A DNA stretch of 64,000 nucleotides from a virus, in IMG/VR virus record IMGVR_UViG_3300023313_000006, positions 1-64,000 of that record; one strand, 5' to 3'. Position numbers and translations under genes: made by a program. The notes beneath the pieces are model-generated. The model was not told the origin of the DNA, ran no database searches, and worked only from the letters and a program-made list of their open reading frames with translations. Below, in pieces: positions 1 to 7,465 of this stretch; positions within the stretch are counted from its first letter, which is position 1; each line of letters starts with the position of its first letter.

Positions 1-447
1 CAACTATCCAACGCAATCTCAATAGCGACAGAAGCGCACCTAGATCAAACAGATAAGTCTGGCGTTCCTTACATTCTCCATCCGTTGTGGGTGATGAACA
101 AATTGCTGAAAGAACACCCGAAAAATTGGAGACTCGCTGCTCTTGGTGTCTGCCATGATGTTTTGGAAGATTCGTCTTTTACGACAGCAGACTTCCTATC
201 GAGAGGATTCGATCATATTTTCGTCGAAGAATTGTTGCTATTGACGCACGATGACGGTTCGCCGTATGAAGAATACATTGACAGGATTTCAATCAGCCAC
301 AACGCTACACTGGTGAAAATGGCCGATCTGGAACACAATTCAAAGATTTTTCGGATGAAAGGATTGACCGAAAAAGACTTTGCTCGCCTTCAAAAATATC
401 ATCGAGCATACGACAAGCTGCGGAAAGCTCTAAACGGACAATTTTGA
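1..447 (+). CDS. HD-domain (p)ppGpp hydrolase-like protein (SpoT/Mesh1-type small alarmone hydrolase), 5'-truncated by window edge
   Basis: Frame is open from base 1: QLSNAISIATEAHLDQTDKSGVPYILHPLWVM...CHDVLED...VKMADLEHN, the AHxxQxDKxGxPYIxHP / HDxxED / VKxADxxHN signature of RelA/SpoT HD domains. Confidence 0.85.
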   Translation, partial: QLSNAISIATEAHLDQTDKSGVPYILHPLWVMNKLLKEHPKNWRLAALGVCHDVLEDSSFTTADFLSRGFDHIFVEELLLLTHDDGSPYEEYIDRISISHNATLVKMADLEHNSKIFRMKGLTEKDFARLQKYHRAYDKLRKALNGQF

Positions 448-448
448 A

Positions 449-634
449 ATGACAAAGAAGGAATTGATAGCAGCAATCAACAAAGCAAAAGAAATTCGCG
501 GATATGTTTCGATGACACCAGACAATGGCTACTACATCAAATTAGCAAAGCGAAACGTTCTAGCAATTTTGAAAGAAACAAACGAAGATAATTTTTACGC
601 TAGACTAAACGATGACGTTTTGTTGCCGAATTAG
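449..634 (+). CDS. hypothetical phage protein
   Basis: 61-aa ORF tightly packed after the HD gene. Confidence 0.6.
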   Translation: MTKKELIAAINKAKEIRGYVSMTPDNGYYIKLAKRNVLAILKETNEDNFYARLNDDVLLPN

Positions 635-635
635 A

Positions 636-824
636 ATGAAACTAACAATCGAAACAACAATAGTCGATGACGCGATCATTGCTGAAATCAGACAAGACAT
701 TGAAAATCAAATCGATTTCGCTTTTCGTTCCGTGATCGATTTGCGAGATCGTGGTGTTTGTGAGGCACTAATTTCAATGGGATGGACGCCACCAGAAAAC
801 ATCAAGAAAATGCTTGACAAGTGA
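636..824 (+). CDS. hypothetical phage protein
   Basis: ATG at 636 (MKLTIE) follows the previous stop; ends ALISMGWTPP. Confidence 0.6.
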   Translation: MKLTIETTIVDDAIIAEIRQDIENQIDFAFRSVIDLRDRGVCEALISMGWTPPENIKKMLDK

Positions 825-865
825 TTTGGTTGATGGTATGATTTCAGCATAAAGTGATGAAGGAG
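804..865 (+). promoter_or_regulatory. sigma70-type early promoter + leader + SD cassette (copy 1)
   Basis: A-tract, TTGACA (814-819), 17 bp, TATGAT (837-842), then TTCAGCATAAAGTGATGAAGGAG; near-identical to 5721-5782. Confidence 0.85.
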
Positions 866-873
866 ATTTGATT

Positions 874-1302
874 ATGGTTGACGTAAACGTTTTGAATTTT
901 CAATCAAACAATTCTCGCAATTTGTCGGACATTATCACGAACATTAAAGTCGGCAAGACCAAAGAAGGTCTAACTCTCCTTGCTTTCAACACTGCGGACA
1001 AATACTGCGACATATCAGTTTCAACTTACAACAGCGATGATGGTGATTTCGTTGTGTTTACTATTCAGGCGATTATCTGGGAAGATGGCGCGAATCAGCC
1101 ATTGGATGAAATCGATCTCGACAGATACTTTTCCCATGATGACTATTTCGTTGTAGAATTGGCCGTCCCTCACGACACTTACGCCTCGACAATTGTGACA
1201 CCATTAAGACACGAATATCTGTGCACAATTGTCCCTGATGAATTCATACACGGCAGGATTGATTGTTTGCGCGATGCTAATGTTGTTTGGTTGGATGACT
1301 GA
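874..1302 (+). CDS. acidic hypothetical early protein
   Basis: SD AAGGAG at 860-865, ATG 874; first gene after the early promoter. Confidence 0.7.
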   Translation: MVDVNVLNFQSNNSRNLSDIITNIKVGKTKEGLTLLAFNTADKYCDISVSTYNSDDGDFVVFTIQAIIWEDGANQPLDEIDLDRYFSHDDYFVVELAVPHDTYASTIVTPLRHEYLCTIVPDEFIHGRIDCLRDANVVWLDD

Positions 1303-1333
1303 CGCGAATTGTCCCAATTCGTATCACGATTTG

Positions 1334-1362
1334 TTGATTGAGTTAAACAATTGCGATACAAT
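1334..1362 (+). promoter_or_regulatory. sigma70-type early promoter
   Basis: TTGATT-17 bp-TACAAT, preceded by hairpin GCGAATTG-TCC-CAATTCGT (1304-1322). Confidence 0.55.
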
Positions 1363-1401
1363 CAATCCAGTGGACAAAAATGATCGATAAGAGGTGATCG
1401 A

Positions 1402-1572
1402 ATGAGTTACTATCAAGACAACAACCACAAGAAAATCAACGAAGATTACGACACACTAGAAGAAAAGTTTGCTAAGCGAGATTTGCGCTTGATTAAGCAC
1501 CCAACAGCGTTTAGAATCGGCTTGTTGATTGCCATTGGTATTGTTGCTAGTATGTTGATTTTCATGGAGTGA
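1402..1572 (+). CDS. small membrane-anchored hypothetical protein (56 aa, not in ORF track)
   Basis: SD GAGGTG; MSYYQDNN...RIGLLIAIGIVASMLIFME with a hydrophobic C-terminus. Confidence 0.6.
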   Translation: MSYYQDNNHKKINEDYDTLEEKFAKRDLRLIKHPTAFRIGLLIAIGIVASMLIFME

Positions 1573-2208
1573 ATGATGATCGTCAATGGCTATAATATAA
1601 AGCCCGGCGCTGATCTTCGTCTGGCGTCACTTCAAAGCACAAATCTTTGTGGATCAAATATTTACAAAACAAATTTTCGCATGGCAAATCTTCGTTGGGT
1701 GTCATTTCAAGGCACAAATCTTTGTAAAGCAAAACTTTGTGAAGCCGATCTTCGTGGTGCAAATTTTTATAGAGCAAATCTTTGTGAAACAAAACTTTGC
1801 GAAGCAAATCTTTATGGGGCGGTTTTTCGCGGAGCAAATCTTTGCAGAGCGAATCTTTATAGAGCAAATCTTCTCGTGGCCGATCTTCGTGGTGCAAATC
1901 TCTGTGAAGCAAATCTCTGTGAAGCAAATCTTTACAGAGCAATTCTAACCGGAGCAAATCTCCACGGGACAGACATTCGATTTGTAAACGGCAACGGTAA
2001 TGAGATCAAGACTTTGCTAACAACAGAATATCATATATCGTACACCGATGAAATGTTGGCTATTGGTTGCGAGCAGCACACAAAGAAAGAATGGCTAAAT
2101 CTCAGCGATGAAGTTATAGCGGATATGGCCGAGAACGCTCTTGATTGGTGGCATGAATGGAAACCAAAACTGATAGACTTGGGCGTGTTTGATGGGGTTG
2201 AACAGTGA
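1573..2208 (+). CDS. pentapeptide-repeat protein, paralog 1
   Basis: A(D/N)Lxx repeats; C-terminal GNGNEIKT...LAIGCEQH..EW...WW domain (DUF5758-like from recall). Confidence 0.9.
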   Translation: MMIVNGYNIKPGADLRLASLQSTNLCGSNIYKTNFRMANLRWVSFQGTNLCKAKLCEADLRGANFYRANLCETKLCEANLYGAVFRGANLCRANLYRANLLVADLRGANLCEANLCEANLYRAILTGANLHGTDIRFVNGNGNEIKTLLTTEYHISYTDEMLAIGCEQHTKKEWLNLSDEVIADMAENALDWWHEWKPKLIDLGVFDGVEQ

Positions 2209-2687
2209 TCGTCAATGGCTATGACATAAAACCGAGAACAAATCTTCGTTGGGCACCACTTCAAGGCACAAATCTTTGCTCGGCAGACCTTCGTTGGGCA
2301 GATATTTACGAAGCAAATCTCGCAAAAGCGAATCTACACGGAGCAAGCCTTCGTGGAGCATACTTCAAAGGTGCAGATCTAAAAGACGCAGACCTTAGTT
2401 GTGCGAATCTCATTGAAGCAAACCTAACCGGAGCGAATATCCACGGAGCAAACATTCGTTATTCAATCGGGAATGGCGCAGAAATCAAGACTTTGCTAAC
2501 AACAAAATACCACATATCATACACCGATGAAATTCTAGCTATTAGCTGCGAACAACATCCCAAGAAAGATTGGTTGAATTTTGATGATGATACAATCGCT
2601 AAGATGGATAAAGGCGCTCTCGATTGGTGGAATGAATGGAAACCAAGACTAATTGATTTTGGTGTGTTTGAAGGATTTGAACAATGA
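2205..2687 (+). CDS. pentapeptide-repeat protein, paralog 2
   Basis: Same N-terminus (IVNGYDIKP), fewer repeats, same C-terminal domain; GTGA overlap with paralog 1. Confidence 0.9.
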   Translation: MIVNGYDIKPRTNLRWAPLQGTNLCSADLRWADIYEANLAKANLHGASLRGAYFKGADLKDADLSCANLIEANLTGANIHGANIRYSIGNGAEIKTLLTTKYHISYTDEILAISCEQHPKKDWLNFDDDTIAKMDKGALDWWNEWKPRLIDFGVFEGFEQ

Positions 2688-3289
2688 ATGTTAATGGCTA
2701 TAATATAAAACCCGGCGCTGATCTTCGCGGTGTCGATCTTCGTTGGGCAGATTTATATGAAGCAAATCTTCGTGGTGCTGTTCTAAACGAATCGAATCTT
2801 CGCGGTGTCGATCTTCGCTGGGCAGATTTGTATGAAGCAAATCTTCCCGATGTAAATCTTCATGGTTCAGATATTCGTTGGGCTGATCTTCGTTTGGCGA
2901 ATCTCCACAAATCGGACTTCACCAAATCAAATCTCACTAGCGCAAATCTATGTGATGCCGATCTTCGTTTGGCGAATCTCCACGGCGCTATTCTTCTTGG
3001 TGTAAACTTTAGCGGCGCGGAACTTTACAAAGCAAATCTTGGCGATGCGGATATTCGATTTGCTATCGGCAATGGCAATGAGATCAAGACGCATCTTTTC
3101 ACGCAGTACCACATAACCTATACCGATGAAATTTTAGCTATTGGCAACTATCAATGCCCCAAGAAAGAATGGCTCAATTTCAGCGACGAAGAAATGGTGA
3201 ACATGGATGATGGAGAACTCGTTGATTGGTGGCGTGAATGGAAACCAAAACTAATAGACTTAGGATTATTTGAAGGAGTTGAACATTGA
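2684..3289 (+). CDS. pentapeptide-repeat protein, paralog 3
   Basis: MNVNGYNIKPGADLR, repeats, same C-terminal domain; ATGA overlap. Confidence 0.9.
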   Translation: MNVNGYNIKPGADLRGVDLRWADLYEANLRGAVLNESNLRGVDLRWADLYEANLPDVNLHGSDIRWADLRLANLHKSDFTKSNLTSANLCDADLRLANLHGAILLGVNFSGAELYKANLGDADIRFAIGNGNEIKTHLFTQYHITYTDEILAIGNYQCPKKEWLNFSDEEMVNMDDGELVDWWREWKPKLIDLGLFEGVEH

Positions 3290-3528
3290 TTAAAAAATAT
3301 CGCAAGAAGCCAGTAGTGATTGATGCTATTCGGTGGACAGGCGACAACGTTCAAGAAATCGACCAATTTGTTAAGCAATACTGGTGGAACGACGGGCAGC
3401 TTGTCCTTCCGACGTTGGAAGGCGAACACGTCGCTACAGTTGGCGACTACATCATTAAAGGCGTAAAGGGTGAATTCTATCCTTGTAAGCCAGATATTTT
3501 TGAAGCGACGTATGAAGAAGTCGAATGA
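3286..3528 (+). CDS. conserved phage protein (KYRKKPVVIxA...TLEG...GDYIIKGVKGEFYPCKPDIF family)
   Basis: Recognisable, widespread phage family of unknown function. Confidence 0.85.
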   Translation: MIKKYRKKPVVIDAIRWTGDNVQEIDQFVKQYWWNDGQLVLPTLEGEHVATVGDYIIKGVKGEFYPCKPDIFEATYEEVE

Positions 3529-3534
3529 AAATTA

Positions 3535-3563
3535 TTGACAAGACGAATCAATGATGATATGAT
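3535..3563 (+). promoter_or_regulatory. sigma70-type early promoter
   Basis: TTGACA-17 bp-TATGAT with upstream A-tract and extended TG. Confidence 0.8.
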
Positions 3564-3586
3564 TTGTCACATGCGAGGACAACGAA

Positions 3587-4030
3587 ATGATTAAGACGAT
3601 TTTCAGGGTAGGCGACAAATTAGTTTCAATGCGCGGGGAGTGTGTTGTCACAGATATAGACTATGAAGATGAATCGATGCGAATTGACTACCCCGAAGGT
3701 GGGTACGACTTGTTGGATTTAAGCGGGTTTCAACAAATCGATGAGCCAAGCAAATATCCATTCGTCTGGTTCCCAGAAACGGGAAGCCCGCCGAAACTAG
3801 GCGAACGACCAAAGTGGAAACCAACAAAACCAACTTGGTGCTGGGTGTGGGACGAACCAAACAGCCAAAAAATGCTGCGGTTGGTTGTTTGGTATGATGA
3901 CGGTCTATATGAAGCATTGGCGTTTGACAATAGCAGCCCAATCAGCGATTATTGCGTTAAATGGAAAAACGCCGAACCATGCGAAGAAAAATATATCCCA
4001 GATTGGTGGCCGAACAAAAATAATGCTTGA
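3587..4030 (+). CDS. hypothetical phage protein
   Basis: SD GAGGA; 147 aa with WCWVWD motif. Confidence 0.7.
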   Translation: MIKTIFRVGDKLVSMRGECVVTDIDYEDESMRIDYPEGGYDLLDLSGFQQIDEPSKYPFVWFPETGSPPKLGERPKWKPTKPTWCWVWDEPNSQKMLRLVVWYDDGLYEALAFDNSSPISDYCVKWKNAEPCEEKYIPDWWPNKNNA

Positions 4031-4054
4031 CTTTTGACTTCAATTCATTAGAAT
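4027..4054 (+). promoter_or_regulatory. sigma70-type early promoter
   Basis: AATGCTTGACT-16 bp-TAGAAT, followed by SD AAGGAG. Confidence 0.6.
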
Positions 4055-4081
4055 TGTGATTGTTGAGAAGGAGATTGAATA

Positions 4082-4294
4082 ATGATTGAACCAAAGACAA
4101 AGGCGGTGGCCATCATAAACCAATCAATGCAGATTGGGGAGTATGAATGGGACACATGGAAAGAGTGTCTTGTTTGCTCCGACGACACAACTATTGGGGA
4201 AATCAAAGAATGTGTGAAACAAAGAACTGGACCCATTTTAACAAACAATAGTTGCGAAATCATTTTTGCTGGAACGACAGATGAGCAAAATTAA
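4082..4294 (+). CDS. hypothetical phage protein
   Basis: SD AAGGAG, 70 aa. Confidence 0.65.
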   Translation: MIEPKTKAVAIINQSMQIGEYEWDTWKECLVCSDDTTIGEIKECVKQRTGPILTNNSCEIIFAGTTDEQN

Positions 4295-4333
4295 ACCCAA
4301 TAGCCACAATACGCATCATTCGGAGACAAATAA

Positions 4334-5188
4334 ATGACACACAAAGCATATTACAATGAGTTTGACCCGTTTGCTGCTGCTTGGTTGCGAGAACTAATAG
4401 CAAAAGATTTAATTCCGAAAGGAGACGTTGATGAACGAGACATCAGAGAAGTCAAACCAGACGATTTGCGAGGATACACACAATGCCACTTCTTCGCAGG
4501 AATCGGTGGATGGGGATATGCTCTGCGGCTTGCTGGCTGGCCAGACGACAAACCAGTCTGGACAGGATCGCCGCCGTGCCAGCCATTCAGCACATCCGGA
4601 AAGGGTCTTGGAGTCAAAGACGAACGACATCTTGCTCCGGTCTGGTTGCGGTTGGTTGAAGCCGTCCGGCCTGCTAGCATCTTTGGTGAGCAGGTTCCGA
4701 CGGCAGCAAAAAAAGACAACTGGCTCGATGATCTACTCGACGCACTGGAAGCTGTTGGTTACACCACGGGGGCGACCATTACTCCAGCTTGTAGCGTCGG
4801 TGCGCCCCACGTTCGCCAAAGATTGTGGTTCACAGCAGAAAGGGTGGTTGACGCCACAAGTGATGGATTCGAGCGGCAAGGGAAGAAAACCGAGAAAAAC
4901 AAGCGACGGAGGAATGCGATGGGACTTGAAAGATCAGGTTCTTTTGCTGAAAGATCAACCGATTCCTTCAACGATGTGTGGCAAAAGCCAGAATGGATCG
5001 AATGTCGAGACGGCAACAGGCGACCGACTGAACCCAGCATTTGCCCGTTGGCTTATGGGATACCCGGCGGAGTGGGACGATTGCGCGGTTATGGCAATGC
5101 AATCGTACCGCAAGTCGCGGCGGAAATCATCAAAGCGTCAAGAGACGGACTAGATGAATTGAGATTAGCAAACGAATTTTTCTCTTGA
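4334..5188 (+). CDS. DNA (cytosine-5)-methyltransferase, large (alpha) subunit
   Basis: FFAGIGG (motif I), GSPPCQPFS (IV), EQV (VI), HVRQRLWF (VIII), GYGNAIVPQVA (X); motif IX not evident in this frame. Confidence 0.9.
   Translation: MTHKAYYNEFDPFAAAWLRELIAKDLIPKGDVDERDIREVKPDDLRGYTQCHFFAGIGGWGYALRLAGWPDDKPVWTGSPPCQPFSTSGKGLGVKDERHLAPVWLRLVEAVRPASIFGEQVPTAAKKDNWLDDLLDALEAVGYTTGATITPACSVGAPHVRQRLWFTAERVVDATSDGFERQGKKTEKNKRRRNAMGLERSGSFAERSTDSFNDVWQKPEWIECRDGNRRPTEPSICPLAYGIPGGVGRLRGYGNAIVPQVAAEIIKASRDGLDELRLANEFFS
4428..5153 (+). CDS. nested +1-frame ORF, putative C5-methyltransferase beta subunit (start uncertain)
   Basis: 241-codon open frame inside the MTase gene ending in RLNPAFARWLMGYPAEW, which resembles motif IX; same arrangement as M.EcoHK31I. 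Confidence 0.7.
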   Translation: MMNETSEKSNQTICEDTHNATSSQESVDGDMLCGLLAGQTTNQSGQDRRRASHSAHPERVLESKTNDILLRSGCGWLKPSGLLASLVSRFRRQQKKTTGSMIYSTHWKLLVTPRGRPLLQLVASVRPTFAKDCGSQQKGWLTPQVMDSSGKGRKPRKTSDGGMRWDLKDQVLLLKDQPIPSTMCGKSQNGSNVETATGDRLNPAFARWLMGYPAEWDDCAVMAMQSYRKSRRKSSKRQETD

Positions 5189-5204
5189 TGACAAGGAGTT
5201 TTTC

Positions 5205-5501
5205 ATGGCGACAAAAGTCAAACTAAGAAAATTCTCGATGGAACGAGAATTGTGGGGCAGAAACGAAGGTAAGTTCAAGGTTGCCATCGCTTTGGAAATT
5301 GACAAGCACGATGTCACTTTTCACCTACCACCAGAAGTTGGTCATAAAGTGATCGAATTGTGTGGCGCAGAGCTTTACGGGAATGCGCTACAGGTAGCAG
5401 ATTCAATTTCCGATTTGTTCGAGGCTTTGGTGAAAGACAAAGCGATCAGTTGGGACGACCCGAACGGTCACTTGCCTTTTGTTGATGGGGCGAAATTATG
5501 A
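5205..5501 (+). CDS. hypothetical phage protein
   Basis: SD AAGGAG, 98 aa. Confidence 0.7.
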   Translation: MATKVKLRKFSMERELWGRNEGKFKVAIALEIDKHDVTFHLPPEVGHKVIELCGAELYGNALQVADSISDLFEALVKDKAISWDDPNGHLPFVDGAKL

Positions 5502-5722
5502 TTGAATGTAAAGGGCGCGAATTTGTTATCACTTGTAGTCGTTGTGGCCAAATTCAATCACACATTTACAAAGCAGATTCGTGTGGTGTTTTGTGCAAAA
5601 ATTGTATTAGCAACGTGATAGACGAACTAGAAGCAGCAGTGAAATCGTACAAACAGGAAATAACACAAGCCGGAAATCATTTCACCAAATTCAGAGGCTA
5701 CAAGGCGTTAAAGAACAGTTAA
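5498..5722 (+). CDS. small zinc-finger-like protein
   Basis: CSRC...CKNC followed by a coiled coil; ATGA overlap. Confidence 0.6.
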   Translation: MIECKGREFVITCSRCGQIQSHIYKADSCGVLCKNCISNVIDELEAAVKSYKQEITQAGNHFTKFRGYKALKNS

Positions 5723-5782
5723 GAAAATGCTTGACAGACGATTCTTTTCGCGCTATAATTTCAGCATAAAGTGATGAAGGAG
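5721..5782 (+). promoter_or_regulatory. sigma70-type early promoter + leader + SD cassette (copy 2)
   Basis: TTGACA (5731-5736), 17 bp, TATAAT (5754-5759); leader identical to 843-865. Confidence 0.9.
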
Positions 5783-5788
5783 TTAGTT

Positions 5789-5986
5789 ATGAATGAATTT
5801 GAATTCCCAGTTTTGATGAAATCTCGCTTGACGGGCGCAATCGTCGAGTTTGTTTCAGAAACATGCGGAACAGAAATCCGCGACGGAAAAAGAATCAAGA
5901 ACAACATCAAGAGAAACAATGATAGTGACTATGAATTTGACAATTTCATTCCTTGCACTAATGAAAAGTGGTGGGTTCGAGTATGA
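5789..5986 (+). CDS. hypothetical phage protein
   Basis: ATG 5789 after SD; MNEFEFPVLMKS. Confidence 0.65.
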   Translation: MNEFEFPVLMKSRLTGAIVEFVSETCGTEIRDGKRIKNNIKRNNDSDYEFDNFIPCTNEKWWVRV

Positions 5987-6162
5987 AACCGTCAACGATC
6001 TATGGTATTGTCGCTTTTTGTGTGTCAATGTTCGTTGCTTGGATGTCTGGAATTGATATTTTCACTCGATCATCAACAACCGGAATAGCATATACCGTTT
6101 CACTAGTCATAGCAATCACAACCAAAGGGATGGTCGGTCTTGATGAAAGAAAGTATTTTTAG
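5983..6162 (+). CDS. small two-helix membrane protein
   Basis: ATGA overlap; two hydrophobic stretches. Confidence 0.6.
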   Translation: MKPSTIYGIVAFCVSMFVAWMSGIDIFTRSSTTGIAYTVSLVIAITTKGMVGLDERKYF

Positions 6163-6355
6163 AACCATCCAAGAAAAAGCGCACATTTACGACGCGCATC
6201 TTCATCGCCCGCTCGTTGAAACGAAGGACGATCTGATCGATGCTTTGTATGGTGAGATTGATGTTCTCAAGCAAACGATTCGTGACTTGGAACATGAAAA
6301 AGATCAAGCGGAAGAAAGTTGCTGTTGTGAATGTTGTGGTTGTTTCGATGATTAG
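6140..6355 (+). CDS. hypothetical protein with coiled coil and Cys-rich tail
   Basis: Ends SCCCECCGCFDD. Confidence 0.55.
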   Translation: MMKESIFRTIQEKAHIYDAHLHRPLVETKDDLIDALYGEIDVLKQTIRDLEHEKDQAEESCCCECCGCFDD

Positions 6356-6476
6356 ATTTTTTCACGATTTTTGTCACAACGTCATCGTTCATCCGCTTTT
6401 GATGTTACTACCGGTCAAAACAGCAAAGAGATTTCACGACTGGCACGCAAAAATTGCTTACGGAGGACAACCATGA
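6348..6476 (+). CDS. small His-rich hypothetical protein (42 aa)
   Basis: MIRFFHDFCHNVIVHPLL...FHDWHA; fills the operon gap with overlaps. Confidence 0.55.
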   Translation: MIRFFHDFCHNVIVHPLLMLLPVKTAKRFHDWHAKIAYGGQP

Positions 6477-6745
6477 GTGGTGGACATTTCGATTATAGAC
6501 AGTACAATATGGAAATAATTGCTGACGAAATTGAGGGAATCGTCCGAAACAATCACAAGAAAGATGAATGGGGCTATTCGTATGATTTCTCGGAAGAAAC
6601 AATCGACGAATTCAAGAAAGGCGTGAAGCTGTTGCGAAAAGCCTACGTCTATGCTCAACGAATCGATTGGCTCGTTTCCGCAGACGATGGTGAGGATTCG
6701 TTCCACGAAAGACTGAAAGCGGAATTGGAGAAATTAGATGATTAA
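6473..6745 (+). CDS. conserved phage protein (MSGGHFDY...RIDWLVSADDGEDSF)
   Basis: SD GGAGG; widespread phage family of unknown function. Confidence 0.8.
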   Translation: MSGGHFDYRQYNMEIIADEIEGIVRNNHKKDEWGYSYDFSEETIDEFKKGVKLLRKAYVYAQRIDWLVSADDGEDSFHERLKAELEKLDD

Positions 6746-6926
6746 ATTTGATTGGTATGATGCCGACCCTTGGACGGGCATTGCTATTCTGAAAGATGGC
6801 GACGTTATGTATCAGTTTAACGTTTCTAAATCATGGGACGATTTTCAGGATTTCCTAGATTCTGAACCAGAACCAGTTACTATTGGTGATGCTTTTGATC
6901 TAGTGGATAAGTTCAACAACCAATAG
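6738..6926 (+). CDS. small acidic hypothetical protein
   Basis: SD GGAG; operon context. Confidence 0.6.
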   Translation: MIKFDWYDADPWTGIAILKDGDVMYQFNVSKSWDDFQDFLDSEPEPVTIGDAFDLVDKFNNQ

Positions 6927-6935
6927 GAGAACAAA

Positions 6936-7235
6936 TTGACAAACATTGACAAAATGCTGAAAATCGCCGAAGACATGTTCGATGGCGAGACAGTTTCAAT
7001 CGGCACAAAGCATCCGCTATCAAAAGAAATAACGGTGTTGCTTGCCGGGCGCGTCGAGTTCAATTCATATAAACATCGTCGAGACGCTTTCGATGTCATG
7101 CTTCACTATGATTTGTATGTCAAACGTGAAGGCGATCACTATATTGCTGGTCGTCATAATGAAGTGGAGCAATTTTGGGGTTCGACCGCTTGCGAAGCAC
7201 TGACCGAAGCCGCTTATCGCTTGGTGGTAAAATGA
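6936..7235 (+). CDS. hypothetical phage protein
   Basis: SD AGGAG, TTG start. Confidence 0.65.
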   Translation: MTNIDKMLKIAEDMFDGETVSIGTKHPLSKEITVLLAGRVEFNSYKHRRDAFDVMLHYDLYVKREGDHYIAGRHNEVEQFWGSTACEALTEAAYRLVVK

Positions 7236-7465
7236 AACAGCCAGCTTGTAAAGATTGCGAACACAAAAGATGGTCGGCAGTGGAATACAGAGAAGATTAC
7301 TGCACGCACAAAGAAGTTGTCACCAAGGTTTTCGATGTTGTTTGGGGCGAACAAATAATCAAACCAGAATGCTGCGAAGCAAGGCGAACAAAATGTAAAG
7401 GCGGTAAGTTTTTTGAACCAAAGAAACGTGGAATTCTAGCAATGTTGCGAAGGGCGATCGCATGA
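7232..7465 (+). CDS. small Cys-rich hypothetical protein
   Basis: ATGA overlap; CKDCEH...C...CC...C. Confidence 0.65.
   Translation: MKQPACKDCEHKRWSAVEYREDYCTHKEVVTKVFDVVWGEQIIKPECCEARRTKCKGGKFFEPKKRGILAMLRRAIA

Noticed and set aside
1583-1957. Repetitive ORFs 1583..1957 (-) and 1649..1948 (+)
   Set aside because: Shadow frames of the 15-bp pentapeptide periodicity; no RBS.
1573-3289. Pentapeptide paralogs as DGR template/variable repeats
   Set aside because: Differences are not adenine-specific and no reverse transcriptase is in the window.
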